Shown here piece by piece: positions 18,493 to 28,265 of a stretch of DNA of 43,604 nt. A program made the position numbers and the translations under genes. The stretch comes from a bacterium (GTDB lineage: Bacteria > Arandabacterota > Arandabacteria > Arandabacterales > JALGWA01), in NCBI GenBank assembly GCA_050125095.1, contig JASFEA010000008.1, positions 1 to 43,604 on the forward strand, written 5' to 3'. Below the pieces are notes generated by a model, which had not been told where the DNA came from, did no database searches, and saw nothing but the letters and a program-made list of their open reading frames with translations. Every line of letters begins with the position of its first letter. Positions within the stretch are counted from its first letter, which is position 1.

Positions 18493-18804
18493 GTGACTGT
18501 TTTGAGAATACCGGGTGACGTCGGAATAGTGCCTCCCGTCGGTCCCGACGGAAAGCCGCGCGGGAGTGACCGCACCGGGAAGGACAATACGCGCGGAAGT
18601 CCCGACATCATCGAGTTTTCATCAAGCGGCAAGAGGCTCGGCGCCGACTTCGCATCCGAGAGTGCCGGGGTGGCCGGGAGAAGTGGCACATTCGATACGG
18701 ATGCGCGCGCGACGGTCGAGCAGCGCATGGCGAGCGGGTACTACGAGAGAAAAGAGGTTCTCGAAGCGATCGCCGACATCGTGCTCGAGCAGTTCGGAAT
18801 ATAG
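18493..18804 (+). CDS. FlgM-like anti-sigma28 factor
   Basis: DIIEFS and VEQRMASGYY...EAIADIVL resemble the FlgM C-terminus; size and context fit. Confidence 0.6.
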   Translation: MTVLRIPGDVGIVPPVGPDGKPRGSDRTGKDNTRGSPDIIEFSSSGKRLGADFASESAGVAGRSGTFDTDARATVEQRMASGYYERKEVLEAIADIVLEQFGI

Positions 18805-18851
18805 ACCGGCGGCACAGCCCCTCCGGTATTAAGTAAAAGGAGCTACTTGAA

Positions 18852-19064
18852 TTGATAGCCCTGACTCAACTTAACGGCGCTTGCGTCTACGTCAACTCCA
18901 GCCTGATAGAGACGTTTGAGCGCACTCCTGACACCGTCATAACCCTGACTACCGGCAGGAAGCTCATCGTCAGGGAGTCACCCGAAGAAGTCATCGACAA
19001 GGTGATGGAGTTTGCCGCCAAGGTATCTGAGTCCTCGGTCTGCGCACGAGAGGGAGTCGCCTGA
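18852..19064 (+). CDS. flbD: FlbD/SwrD family flagellar protein
   Basis: MIALTQLNG..VN..LIETFERTPDTVITLTTGRKLIVRES; upstream of motA. Confidence 0.92.
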   Translation: MIALTQLNGACVYVNSSLIETFERTPDTVITLTTGRKLIVRESPEEVIDKVMEFAAKVSESSVCAREGVA

Positions 19065-19846
19065 TGGATGTCACCACCATTGCCGGGATTGTGGCAGGCG
19101 CGGGCATTCTCTTTCTCGCGATCTTCCAGGGCGGGGGGATCGGCATCTTCATCAACATACCCTCACTCATGATTACCGCCGGTGGAACGCTGGCGGCGAC
19201 GCTCATCAACTACCCGCTCGGCGATATCTTCAGGGTCATGATGGTCACCAAGAGCGCTTTCCTTCACAAGATGGACTCTCCCGAGAACACCATCAAGACC
19301 ATCGTCACCTTTGCTGAAAAGGCGAGGCGCGAAGGCCTGCTGGCCCTCGAGAAGGACCTCCACGACGTGGACGACGACTTTCTCAAGGGAGGCCTGGAGC
19401 TTGCAATCGACGGGATCGATCCTGATCTCGTCGCCTCCATGCTGAGGATGGAGCTCGACTTTCTCATGGAAAGGCATAAACGCGGGCAGGGTATGTTCAA
19501 GGCGATGGGCAAGTTCGCCCCCGCTTTCGGTATGCTCGGGACCCTGATTGGACTTATTCAGATGCTCAGGTCGATTGAGGACCCTTCGAGCATCGGTCCG
19601 GGTATGGCCGTCGCGCTGATCACGACTTTCTATGGAACCCTCATCGCCAACCTCATTTGTATTCCTCTTGCGGGCAAGCTGGAGATGATCTCGGAGCACG
19701 AGGTCATGGTTAAGGAGATCGTCATAGAGGGCATACGATCCATTCAGTCGGGCGACAGCCCCAGGGTGGTCGAGCGCAAGCTCAAGTCCTTCCTGGCCCC
19801 CAAGATGAGAGAGGCCCTTACTGCGGGGAAGGCGGGAGGTGAGTAG
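19064..19846 (+). CDS. motA: flagellar stator MotA (PomA/MotP-like)
   Basis: ARREGLLALE, APAFGMLGTLIGLIQML, MAVALITTFYG. Confidence 0.95.
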   Translation: MDVTTIAGIVAGAGILFLAIFQGGGIGIFINIPSLMITAGGTLAATLINYPLGDIFRVMMVTKSAFLHKMDSPENTIKTIVTFAEKARREGLLALEKDLHDVDDDFLKGGLELAIDGIDPDLVASMLRMELDFLMERHKRGQGMFKAMGKFAPAFGMLGTLIGLIQMLRSIEDPSSIGPGMAVALITTFYGTLIANLICIPLAGKLEMISEHEVMVKEIVIEGIRSIQSGDSPRVVERKLKSFLAPKMREALTAGKAGGE

Positions 19847-20604
19847 TGCCTCCACGAAAGCAGCAACAGGAAGAGGGCGCGAGCTGGCTCACGACCTTCG
19901 GTGACATGGTAACGCTGCTGTTCACTTTCTTCGTTCTCGTCTACTCGTTCTCATCATTCGAGCCCGGAAACTGGGAAACCGCAATCGGCGCCGTAAGGGG
20001 CGCGCTGTCGGTGGTCCCCGGGAACATGGGAAACCGCGTGGTGCCCGGCGGCGGGACGGGGCCCTTCACGGGACACACGGGCGTCTTCCCGCTCTTCGTC
20101 ACCGACCTCTCGGGCAGAGAGGCGAGGCTTATGGCGGTCAGAGAGAAGCTCGCCGAGCTCGGTGTGGCGGACAGCGCCGGCGCGGTCGAGGGCGTGCAGG
20201 GCGTCGAGCTGGTCGAGACCAAGTCAGGCTTCAAGTTCCGGATATCGACGAGCCTCCTTTTCGAGAGAGGCAGCGCGGAGGTTAAGAAGTCGGCATACGG
20301 TCTTCTCGAGGCCATCGCAGAGGCCTCGACCAAAGGGCAGGCCACGGTCACGGTTGCGGGCCACACATGCGATATACCGATAGAGACGCCCGAATTCCCG
20401 TCCAACTGGGAGCTCTCCGCGAGGAGGTCCACCAACGTACTGAGAATAATAAGAGACAATGCAGGGCCCGGCACCCAATTCATAGCTCTGGCCAGGGCCG
20501 AATACAGCCCGATCTGCGACAACGATACCGAAGAGAACCGCGCCAGGAACCGGCGCGTCGAAGTGCTTTTCGATCTGGAGGGAGGGTCACCGCTTGGGTA
20601 CTGA
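19846..20604 (+). CDS. motB: flagellar stator MotB paralog 1 (Asp intact)
   Basis: WLTTFGDMVTLLFTFFVL TM helix; OmpA-like GHT..SNWELSARR..NRRVE. Confidence 0.92.
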   Translation: MPPRKQQQEEGASWLTTFGDMVTLLFTFFVLVYSFSSFEPGNWETAIGAVRGALSVVPGNMGNRVVPGGGTGPFTGHTGVFPLFVTDLSGREARLMAVREKLAELGVADSAGAVEGVQGVELVETKSGFKFRISTSLLFERGSAEVKKSAYGLLEAIAEASTKGQATVTVAGHTCDIPIETPEFPSNWELSARRSTNVLRIIRDNAGPGTQFIALARAEYSPICDNDTEENRARNRRVEVLFDLEGGSPLGY

Positions 20605-21367
20605 TGGGCCCGTGCGCAAGAAGAAGCAGGATGATGACGACGACGCTTTCATGATGTCCTATACCGCCCTTATGATCCTCCTTCTCACGTTCATGATCGT
20701 CATGGTCACCATGTCGACCTTCAAGGAGCCGAGGTTCAGGAGCGCGATAGGGTCTGTGCGGGGAGCGCTGTCGTTCCTGCCGTTTGCCGGCGCCGAAGAC
20801 ATGGCTATGACCGGCCATGCGGGCATTCTCCCCGAGGAGTCTCTGGCGAAAGCGCTGCGCGAGGAGAGCCTTGCGGAGAAGGAATACAGGGAGGCAGTCC
20901 AGGACGTCAAGGATAGAGCCGGCATGCCCGAGTTCGAGAGCCTCGAGGTGATCGAAACCCGCGACGGTCTGCATGTCAGGATATGGGACGCGCTCATATT
21001 CCCCAGCGGGAACGCCGTGATACATCCGGAGGTGCTTCCCGTACTGGACGTGATAGCGAAGATCGCGGAGCTCCGCCCCGGCAAGGTGTCAGTGGTCGGG
21101 CACACATGCGACCTTCCCATATCGACGGCGGAGTTCCCTTCGAACTGGGACCTGTCGATGGCCCGGGCCATAAGCGTGGTGAAGTATCTCGGCACGAAGG
21201 GCGTGCCGCCGGACTCGCTTTATGCATATGGTGTCGCCGATACCAGGCCCCTCATGCCGAACACTTCCCGGGAGTCTCGGCAGAAGAACAGGCGCGTCGA
21301 GATATACATAAGCAACGCTCTCAGAAGAAGAGAGAGAGAAGCCGCGGCGACGGAGGAGCAGTCGTGA
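20594..21367 (+). CDS. motB: MotB paralog 2 (conserved Asp replaced by Ala)
   Basis: TM FMMSYTALMILLLTFMIVM; OmpA-like GHT..SNWDLSMARA..NRRVE. Confidence 0.85.
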   Translation: MGTDGPVRKKKQDDDDDAFMMSYTALMILLLTFMIVMVTMSTFKEPRFRSAIGSVRGALSFLPFAGAEDMAMTGHAGILPEESLAKALREESLAEKEYREAVQDVKDRAGMPEFESLEVIETRDGLHVRIWDALIFPSGNAVIHPEVLPVLDVIAKIAELRPGKVSVVGHTCDLPISTAEFPSNWDLSMARAISVVKYLGTKGVPPDSLYAYGVADTRPLMPNTSRESRQKNRRVEIYISNALRRREREAAATEEQS

Positions 21368-21470
21368 GCGCAATCATAATATCGTCAATCACTGAAGCTG
21401 GAATGCGGGTGTGCGGGGAACGGGAGTCTACAAGCTTATACATAACGCTCAAAGGGCTGGGAGTTCCGAA

Positions 21471-23573
21471 ATGAAGACATTGCATACGGGAAACCGGATC
21501 AACATTCTGGAGACTCTGTTCGATCCGGTTTACAGGGCAAAGTTTGTCGATCTTATGAAAAGCCGGCTTCACAGGTACGGGGCCGAACTCAAGGGCGACT
21601 CGCACACAATAGAGACCGAGGACACCAAGAACCTAGTCAGGATTGTCCTGAACGACATAGCTGTGGCCATACAGGAGGGGCTGTCGGCCGAGCAGGTTCT
21701 CGTTGCCCTGTTCACGGAAGCAGATAGTGAGTCCTACGTGACGGGTACGGCCGGGATGTCGTCCGATCAGGATGAGCGGGTGCTACTCATGGCAATCGAC
21801 TCGGCCATGGAGGAGACCATCCCGGCGGATTTCAGCGTGGCCGCCGTCGAGTACAGGACTGAGGGCGACGGCTCCGGCGTCGCCACGCAGGCGCCGGTTG
21901 CCGTGGTCGTGCCGATTATCGTGGGCGACAGAGTGAGCGGAGTCATCGCGGCGGCCCACGGCGGCGATCCCGAATTCGCGACGCGCGAAGACGGGAGGAT
22001 CCAGGTGCTCGGGCACGTTGTAGGCGGGGTCATCCATGAAATCGGCAACCAGTTTGCAAACGAGGAACGGCTGCGATCGCTGGCCTATGGCCTGTCCGCA
22101 GCGCTTGACGCGAGGGACCCCAAGACACGCGGCCACTCCGACAGGGTCGCCATGATAGCGATGGCAATCATCAATGAGATGGAGAAGACCGACGACTCTC
22201 CCGTCTACCAGGAACTCAGGAGCTGCATGAGGCTTGCCGGCCTGCTTCACGACATCGGCAAGGTGGGCATTCCCGACAGCATACTCCTCAAGGCAGGCGA
22301 GCTCACAAAGGAAGAATACAATTTCATCAAGAGGCATCCGCTGATAGGAGCCGAAATCGTGAACGCCTGCACCGGCCTCAAGGAGCTGGTGCCGGGAGTG
22401 CTCTACCATCATGAGCACTATGACGGCTCGGGATACCCCTTCGGCCTCAAGGGCGAAGACATACCGCTTCTCGCGAGAGTGATTGCTCTTGCCGACTCCT
22501 TCGATGCCATTACATCGGACCGCCCGTTCCGGGCCGCTTCCTCGCATGAGGAAGCCATCTCCATATTGACCGGTTATCCGTCCAAGAACTTCGACCAGAA
22601 GGTCCTAAAGGCGCTTGTGAGCGCGCACGAGAATGGGACGTTGACATTTGTGAGAATCCCCGCCAGGTCGGGCTCGGTCGGCGAGCCGGACAGCGAAATC
22701 GATGATACGTACAGCGACGCCCTCAAGTCGCTGCCCACACTGCCGCCGGTGCTCACCGTCGTGAACAAGATGCTGGCCGACGAGGACGCGCCGCTCAGGG
22801 AAGTGGCCCAGGCGCTGTCGTCGGACGAGGGCCTTACGAGCCGAGTGCTCAGGCTGGTTAACTCGGCGTATTACGGTCTTCCCCGGCGCATATCGACGGT
22901 GCCTCTTGCGATAACGATACTCGGGGCGAAAGCCGTGAAGAACCAGGTCGTGAACATAGCTTTCGCCGACCTCATGAACTCGCTGGGCGGCGGGCGCAAG
23001 GAATACGCCCTGCTCTGGCGACATGCAATCAGGACGGGGGCCTGGGCCAAGGCCATAGCCGCCAAGTTCGGGAGCGCAGACGAGGAAGAGGCGTTTACCG
23101 CCGGCCTGGTTCATGACATAGGTAAGGCCCTGGCTCTCCGCCTCAAGCCCGCCGATTACGGCAAGCTGGTTCTCGAGAGCGCCCGCAGCGGCAAGGACCT
23201 TAGAGGAGTTGAAGAACAGGTGCTCGGATTCGACCATGCCAGGATCGGCGCCTGGGCTGCCGAGAAGTGGAAACTGCCCCAGACGCTCGTCGGGTCCATA
23301 AGATGGCATCACGAGCCCGAGGGCGTGCGCGACGAGGAAGAGATCATCAGGAAGCTCGTTGAAACGGTCCATCTGGCGGACATACTCGCCAAGGCCTCGG
23401 AGCAGGATCCCCCTGACCACTCCGGAACCCTGATCGAAGAGGCGAGCCCCTGGATTCTCGAGGAACTGGGCGAGGCCTTCATGGCCGAGATAGAGCTCAT
23501 GTCTTCGGACGTCGTAGAGCAGGAGAAGGTGCTCGAGGAGACATTCGAGGAAAGCGGGGTCGGAGTCGTCTAG
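21471..23573 (+). CDS. HD-GYP phosphodiesterase fused to HDOD domain, N-terminal GAF-like region
   Basis: TRGHSDRV, HDIGK, HHEHYDGSGYP; then LPTLP..VLRLVNSAYYG..GLVHDIGK..WKLP..IRWHH. Confidence 0.88.
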   Translation: MKTLHTGNRINILETLFDPVYRAKFVDLMKSRLHRYGAELKGDSHTIETEDTKNLVRIVLNDIAVAIQEGLSAEQVLVALFTEADSESYVTGTAGMSSDQDERVLLMAIDSAMEETIPADFSVAAVEYRTEGDGSGVATQAPVAVVVPIIVGDRVSGVIAAAHGGDPEFATREDGRIQVLGHVVGGVIHEIGNQFANEERLRSLAYGLSAALDARDPKTRGHSDRVAMIAMAIINEMEKTDDSPVYQELRSCMRLAGLLHDIGKVGIPDSILLKAGELTKEEYNFIKRHPLIGAEIVNACTGLKELVPGVLYHHEHYDGSGYPFGLKGEDIPLLARVIALADSFDAITSDRPFRAASSHEEAISILTGYPSKNFDQKVLKALVSAHENGTLTFVRIPARSGSVGEPDSEIDDTYSDALKSLPTLPPVLTVVNKMLADEDAPLREVAQALSSDEGLTSRVLRLVNSAYYGLPRRISTVPLAITILGAKAVKNQVVNIAFADLMNSLGGGRKEYALLWRHAIRTGAWAKAIAAKFGSADEEEAFTAGLVHDIGKALALRLKPADYGKLVLESARSGKDLRGVEEQVLGFDHARIGAWAAEKWKLPQTLVGSIRWHHEPEGVRDEEEIIRKLVETVHLADILAKASEQDPPDHSGTLIEEASPWILEELGEAFMAEIELMSSDVVEQEKVLEETFEESGVGVV

Positions 23574-23621
23574 CCTGCCGGCGGCATCGTGCCGGGGTTA
23601 CATAACAGGGAAGGACCGAAT

Positions 23622-26177
23622 ATGGGAAGCATGGTCAGTTTCGACGTAAGGCCCTCGGTGCCCGCAAGTCTTACCGCGCTTGAGAAGCTCGCTTTCAATC
23701 TTCTCTGGTGCTGGGACAGGGATGCCATCGATCTCTTCAGGCGACTGGACGAGGACCTGTGGGACGCCACTTTCCACAATCCCGTGCTCATGCTCGGCAG
23801 GATGTCGCAGCAGAGCTTCACCCGCCTTCTCCAAGATGAATCATTCATGGACCATCTCGCACAGGTCACCGAGAGCTTCGAGTCATATCTTGCCAATGAG
23901 CGCACATGGTTCAGGCAGTTCCACGACCAGGAACTGCCTTTATTCGCCTATTTCTCGCTGGAGTTCGGGCTCACCGAGTGCCTGAAGATATACTCCGGCG
24001 GCCTCGGTATTCTCGCGGGCGACTCACTCAAGTCGGCGAGCGACCTGGGCGTGCCGCTTGTGGGCGTCGGCCTTCTCTATCAGGAGGGCTATTTCCGGCA
24101 GTATCTCAACGCGGACGGATGGCAGCAGGAGAAATGCGACGTCAACGATTTCAGCAATCTCCCCGTCAGGCCGATTCTCGACGGGGCCGGTAACCCGGTC
24201 ACGGTCTCGGTGAGCTTCGATGGCCGCGAAGTCCATATGCGGTGCTGGAGCGTCGAGGTGGGGCGCGTCCCGCTGTTCCTTCTCGACACCAATATCCCGG
24301 AGAACGCCCCCCGGGACCAGAAAATCACGTCGAACCTGTACGGCGGCGACCTGGAGATGCGCATCAAGCAGGAGATAGTGCTCGGCGTCGGCGGCGTGCG
24401 GATGCTCAAGGCCGTGGGCCTGGACCCCATCGTGTATCACATGAACGAGGGGCACTCGGCCTTCCTGGCGCTGGAGCGCGCGCGCCAGCTCATGTGCGAG
24501 CGGGGCGTTGCCTTCGAAGAGGCCATGGAGATCGGAAGATGCAGCAATGTGTTCACCACCCATACGCCCGTCTGCGCCGGCATCGATGAGTTCCCCGTCC
24601 ACATGATTGAGAAGTACTTCGGCGATTACGTCCGCGAGCTGGGAATCGATACCCGGACGCTGATTTCGCTCGGCAGGGTGGACGGCGCCGGTGAAGACGA
24701 GCCTTTCAACATGGCCAGGCTGGCGATAAGGGAGGCCTCGCGCGTGAACGGCGTCAGCAGGCTGCACCGCCAGGTGACGAGGAAGATGTGGTCCGACATG
24801 TGGCAGGACGTCCCGTCTGACGAGATCCCGGTTGACTACGTGACCAACGGCATTCACATCCCGTCATGGGTTTCGCATGACATGGCCACGCTGCTGGACC
24901 GCTATCTCGGGCCCGGCTGGGTGGAGCGGCCCACTGATGAGACCGTATGGGACGGCGTGTGGAAGATACCCGACTCCGAGCTGTGGAGGACGCATGAGCG
25001 GCGCAGGGAGCGCCTGGTGTCTTTCGCGCGTGCCTGCCTGAAAAGGCAGCTCGAGAACAGGGAAGCTTCCAATGCGGAGATCAAGCGGGCCGAAGAGGTG
25101 CTGGACCCGAGCGCGCTGACCATAGGTTTCGCAAGACGTTTCGCGACGTATAAACGGGCCACGCTTCTCCTGAAGGACAAGGAGCGCATAAGAAGAATCC
25201 TGAAGAACACCGACCGGCCCGTTCAGTTCATTTTCGCCGGCAAAGCCCATCCGCAGGACAGCACGGGGAAGGAGTTCATCCGGCAGATTCTTCACTTCGC
25301 CCGCGAAGAGGACGTGCGCAATCACATTGTTTTCCTCGAGGACTACAACATGATAGTCTCTCGATATCTTGTCGAAGGGGTCGACATCTGGCTCAATACC
25401 CCGCTCAGGCCCATGGAAGCCAGCGGAACGAGCGGGATGAAGGTCGTCCCCAACGGCGGACTCAATCTGAGCATACTCGACGGCTGGTGGGACGAAGCCC
25501 ATTCGCCGCATGTCGGCTGGGCAATCGGCAAAGGCGAGTCCTACAGGGACATCGATTACCAGAACAAAGTCGAATCCAACGCGCTCTATGACATACTCGA
25601 GCGCGAGGTAATACCACTCTTCTATTCCAGGAGCAGGGACGGTCTGCCGCGGGGCTGGATCAGAACGATGAAGCAGTCCATGCGGTCGCTCTGCCATGTT
25701 TTCAACACCGACCGCATGGTCAAGCAGTATGTCAACGACTTCTACCTGCCCGCCGTGGAGGAGTTCAAGCGCCTCACGGACGACGACGCGGCGGAGGCCA
25801 GGCGGCTGGCGGACTGGAAGCGGAAAGTCCGCGGGAGCTGGGGCGAAGTCAGGATACTCGACCTCAAGGCGGACATCAACGGCAACGAGAGGGTGGGGGT
25901 AATGGTGCCGGTCGAAGCCGCGCTCAATCTCGGCGCGCTGGGCCCAGATGACGTGACAGTAGAGGCGTTCTACGGCCTCCTGGATGAGAAGAGGCGCATA
26001 AGGAAAGGGCTCCCCATCGAGCTCCGCCCGGCCCAAAAGAATGAAGACGGCACCCGCGTCTATACCGGCGAGATACGATGCGAGGACAGCGGCAAGTACG
26101 GCCTCACCGTTCGCGTGACTCCATCGCGCGCAGTCCTGCGCAATCCCTTCCAGCTCAATCTAATCACCTGGCTCTAG
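23622..26177 (+). CDS. glgP: alpha-glucan (glycogen) phosphorylase
   Basis: YSGGLGILAGD, HMNEGH, ARRFATYKRA, EASGTSGMK PLP motif. Confidence 0.95.
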   Translation: MGSMVSFDVRPSVPASLTALEKLAFNLLWCWDRDAIDLFRRLDEDLWDATFHNPVLMLGRMSQQSFTRLLQDESFMDHLAQVTESFESYLANERTWFRQFHDQELPLFAYFSLEFGLTECLKIYSGGLGILAGDSLKSASDLGVPLVGVGLLYQEGYFRQYLNADGWQQEKCDVNDFSNLPVRPILDGAGNPVTVSVSFDGREVHMRCWSVEVGRVPLFLLDTNIPENAPRDQKITSNLYGGDLEMRIKQEIVLGVGGVRMLKAVGLDPIVYHMNEGHSAFLALERARQLMCERGVAFEEAMEIGRCSNVFTTHTPVCAGIDEFPVHMIEKYFGDYVRELGIDTRTLISLGRVDGAGEDEPFNMARLAIREASRVNGVSRLHRQVTRKMWSDMWQDVPSDEIPVDYVTNGIHIPSWVSHDMATLLDRYLGPGWVERPTDETVWDGVWKIPDSELWRTHERRRERLVSFARACLKRQLENREASNAEIKRAEEVLDPSALTIGFARRFATYKRATLLLKDKERIRRILKNTDRPVQFIFAGKAHPQDSTGKEFIRQILHFAREEDVRNHIVFLEDYNMIVSRYLVEGVDIWLNTPLRPMEASGTSGMKVVPNGGLNLSILDGWWDEAHSPHVGWAIGKGESYRDIDYQNKVESNALYDILEREVIPLFYSRSRDGLPRGWIRTMKQSMRSLCHVFNTDRMVKQYVNDFYLPAVEEFKRLTDDDAAEARRLADWKRKVRGSWGEVRILDLKADINGNERVGVMVPVEAALNLGALGPDDVTVEAFYGLLDEKRRIRKGLPIELRPAQKNEDGTRVYTGEIRCEDSGKYGLTVRVTPSRAVLRNPFQLNLITWL

Positions 26178-26195
26178 CGCCCGGAAAATAGGGTG

Positions 26196-26223
26196 TTGCC
26201 ACGCACCGCTTTTCTGGTAGGAT
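26196..26223 (+). promoter_or_regulatory. possible sigma70 promoter
   Basis: TTGCCA-N16-TAGGAT with TG extended -10, upstream of the 26259 ORF. Confidence 0.35.
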
Positions 26224-26258
26224 ACTGTATTCGGTGTTCCCCTGAAGGCGGAGTATCA

Positions 26259-26861
26259 ATGCGCAAACCGGGCGTTCTGCACTTCATCCTGGTGGTCCTG
26301 GCCGGAGTGACGGCCGGGCCGCGCGGCGCGCCTGCCGCCGTACCTGATGCCGCGCAGCCGGCCAGGAGCATATTTGTAAGCCTCTATGTCGCACCGGGCC
26401 TGGGGCTGTCCCTGGACGCCAAGTACTGGGAGAGGCTCGGGATCGGCGCGTCATTCACGGCCGGCAAAACCCCCATATACCCGGGCTCCACCGGCAGCGA
26501 ACGCGAGGATGAGGACATCGTGCTCGAGGCCTATGCCGACATAATGCTGGCGTCGTCTCCGGGCAGTCTCGGACCGCGCAGTTACGGGCTGTCCCTGCTT
26601 GGGGGCGTCTGGTTCGACGAGAACGTCAAGCGCCCGCTCCTCGGCCTCTGCGGCACTTACTGGGTCGACGACAGGGTGATAATCCGGGGCAACGCAGTCT
26701 ACGGGCCCTCGGCCGGAATCGAGTTCGCCTATGTATTGACGCGGAACTTCGAGGCCACGCTCACTGTGCTGAGCGGCAGGGGCATGCTGGGACTCAGGTT
26801 CGGGCTGGTGGAACCGCATCAGTTCACCCATGACTTGGACGATTTCGCGGCGGCGCCGTAG
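26259..26861 (+). CDS. hypothetical exported protein, possibly small beta-barrel
   Basis: Signal-peptide-like N-terminus; alternating Gly/aromatic beta-strand pattern. Confidence 0.55.
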   Translation: MRKPGVLHFILVVLAGVTAGPRGAPAAVPDAAQPARSIFVSLYVAPGLGLSLDAKYWERLGIGASFTAGKTPIYPGSTGSEREDEDIVLEAYADIMLASSPGSLGPRSYGLSLLGGVWFDENVKRPLLGLCGTYWVDDRVIIRGNAVYGPSAGIEFAYVLTRNFEATLTVLSGRGMLGLRFGLVEPHQFTHDLDDFAAAP

Positions 26862-26912
26862 CCGCCGTTTGCGGGGTCGCGGGGCGATAGCCGCATCCTG
26901 CAGACCCCGGAG

Positions 26913-28265
26913 GTGATGTTGGAAGAGCCAACAGCAGGACGGGACCTTACAAAGGGAAGCATACTCGGTAATGTCCTCTACATGGGCATACCGTCCATGA
27001 TAGGTTTCGCCGCCATGACGGTGTACGCCCTTACGGACATGTTCTGGGTGGCGAGGCTGGGCACCGCCCAGGTGGCCGCGATCACGCTGTTCGGTTCTTT
27101 CCTCTGGGTGCTGACATCCATCAACTCCCTGGTTGGTTCGGGTTCGGTCGCCGTCATCTCCAGGAGATTCGGAGAGAGAGATTACGACGGCGCCGCCTGC
27201 GCCATCGAACAGACCATACTCATGAAGGTCGCCGTGGCTATTCCGATGAGCATAATCGGCTACTTCGCCGTCGGCAATGTCCTCGGCTTCATGACCGATG
27301 ACGCGGAAGTGGTCGCTTACGGCATGACGTACGGGAGGATCCTCTTCCTGGGACTGCCGTTCATGTTTTCCTCCTACTCGGTTTACACCGCGCTTCGGGG
27401 AATGGGCGAGGCGCCGCGGGCCATGTACATAATGCTCTTCTCGACGTCGCTCAATATCGCGCTCGACCCGCTTTTCATATTCCGTTTCAATCTTGGAATC
27501 GCCGGTGCGGCCACGGCCACGGTAATCTCGGCCGTGTGCGCGGTGGCCGTCGGGCTCTATACGCTCAGGAGCCCGAGGAGGGTGGCGCGCATAGGCGAGA
27601 AGGGCCTCAGGATCGACCTCCGCACCATGAGCCGCATACTCCAGATCGGCTTTCCACCCTTCATTGAGAGCGTGGCGAGGAGTCTGGCCCACTGGGTGTT
27701 CGCCATATTCGTCGCGGTGTTCGGGACCTTGATTGTCGCATCTTACGGCATTTGCATGAGAATAATCGAGTTCGGCATCGTATTCGCAGTCGGCCTGGAG
27801 CTGGGCGCTTCGGCCATAGTCGGCCAAAACCTGGGGGCCCATAAGCCGGACAGGGCCGAGGCGAGCGCCCGCAACGCGGCTTTCCTGGCGCTGGCCATAG
27901 CGGTTACGCTTTCGGTTATCGAGGTGCTCTTCGCCGAGGAGATCATGATGCTCTTCGGCAGGTCGGATGAAGTGAGAGTCATGGGCGCGCATGTCCTCAG
28001 GTATTTCGCGGTCGCCCAGCCCCTCATCGCAACCTCCATAGCCCTGTCGTCGGCTTTCTACGGCTCGGGCAAGACCTGGCCGCCGACCATAGGCGAGCTG
28101 GTCGCGACCTGGGCTTTTCAGATACCCGTGGCGGCCCTTCTCATATACACTCTCGGCCGGGGAGCGGACTCCATGTGGACGGCGGTCATACTCAGCAAGA
28201 CGCTGTTCTTCTCCATACTCGTCTTGTGGTACAGAAAGGGAACCTGGAAGGAGGAGAAGGTCTGA
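26913..28265 (+). CDS. MATE family efflux transporter
   Basis: DLTKGSI, DMFWVARLG, LNIALDPLFIF, IVGQNLGA; ~12 TM. Confidence 0.92.
   Translation: MMLEEPTAGRDLTKGSILGNVLYMGIPSMIGFAAMTVYALTDMFWVARLGTAQVAAITLFGSFLWVLTSINSLVGSGSVAVISRRFGERDYDGAACAIEQTILMKVAVAIPMSIIGYFAVGNVLGFMTDDAEVVAYGMTYGRILFLGLPFMFSSYSVYTALRGMGEAPRAMYIMLFSTSLNIALDPLFIFRFNLGIAGAATATVISAVCAVAVGLYTLRSPRRVARIGEKGLRIDLRTMSRILQIGFPPFIESVARSLAHWVFAIFVAVFGTLIVASYGICMRIIEFGIVFAVGLELGASAIVGQNLGAHKPDRAEASARNAAFLALAIAVTLSVIEVLFAEEIMMLFGRSDEVRVMGAHVLRYFAVAQPLIATSIALSSAFYGSGKTWPPTIGELVATWAFQIPVAALLIYTLGRGADSMWTAVILSKTLFFSILVLWYRKGTWKEEKV

Noticed and set aside
26451-27992. 513 aa - strand ORF (also 24864-26036 and 9785-10936)
   Set aside because: Shadows of MATE, glgP and GT genes with no recognisable domains
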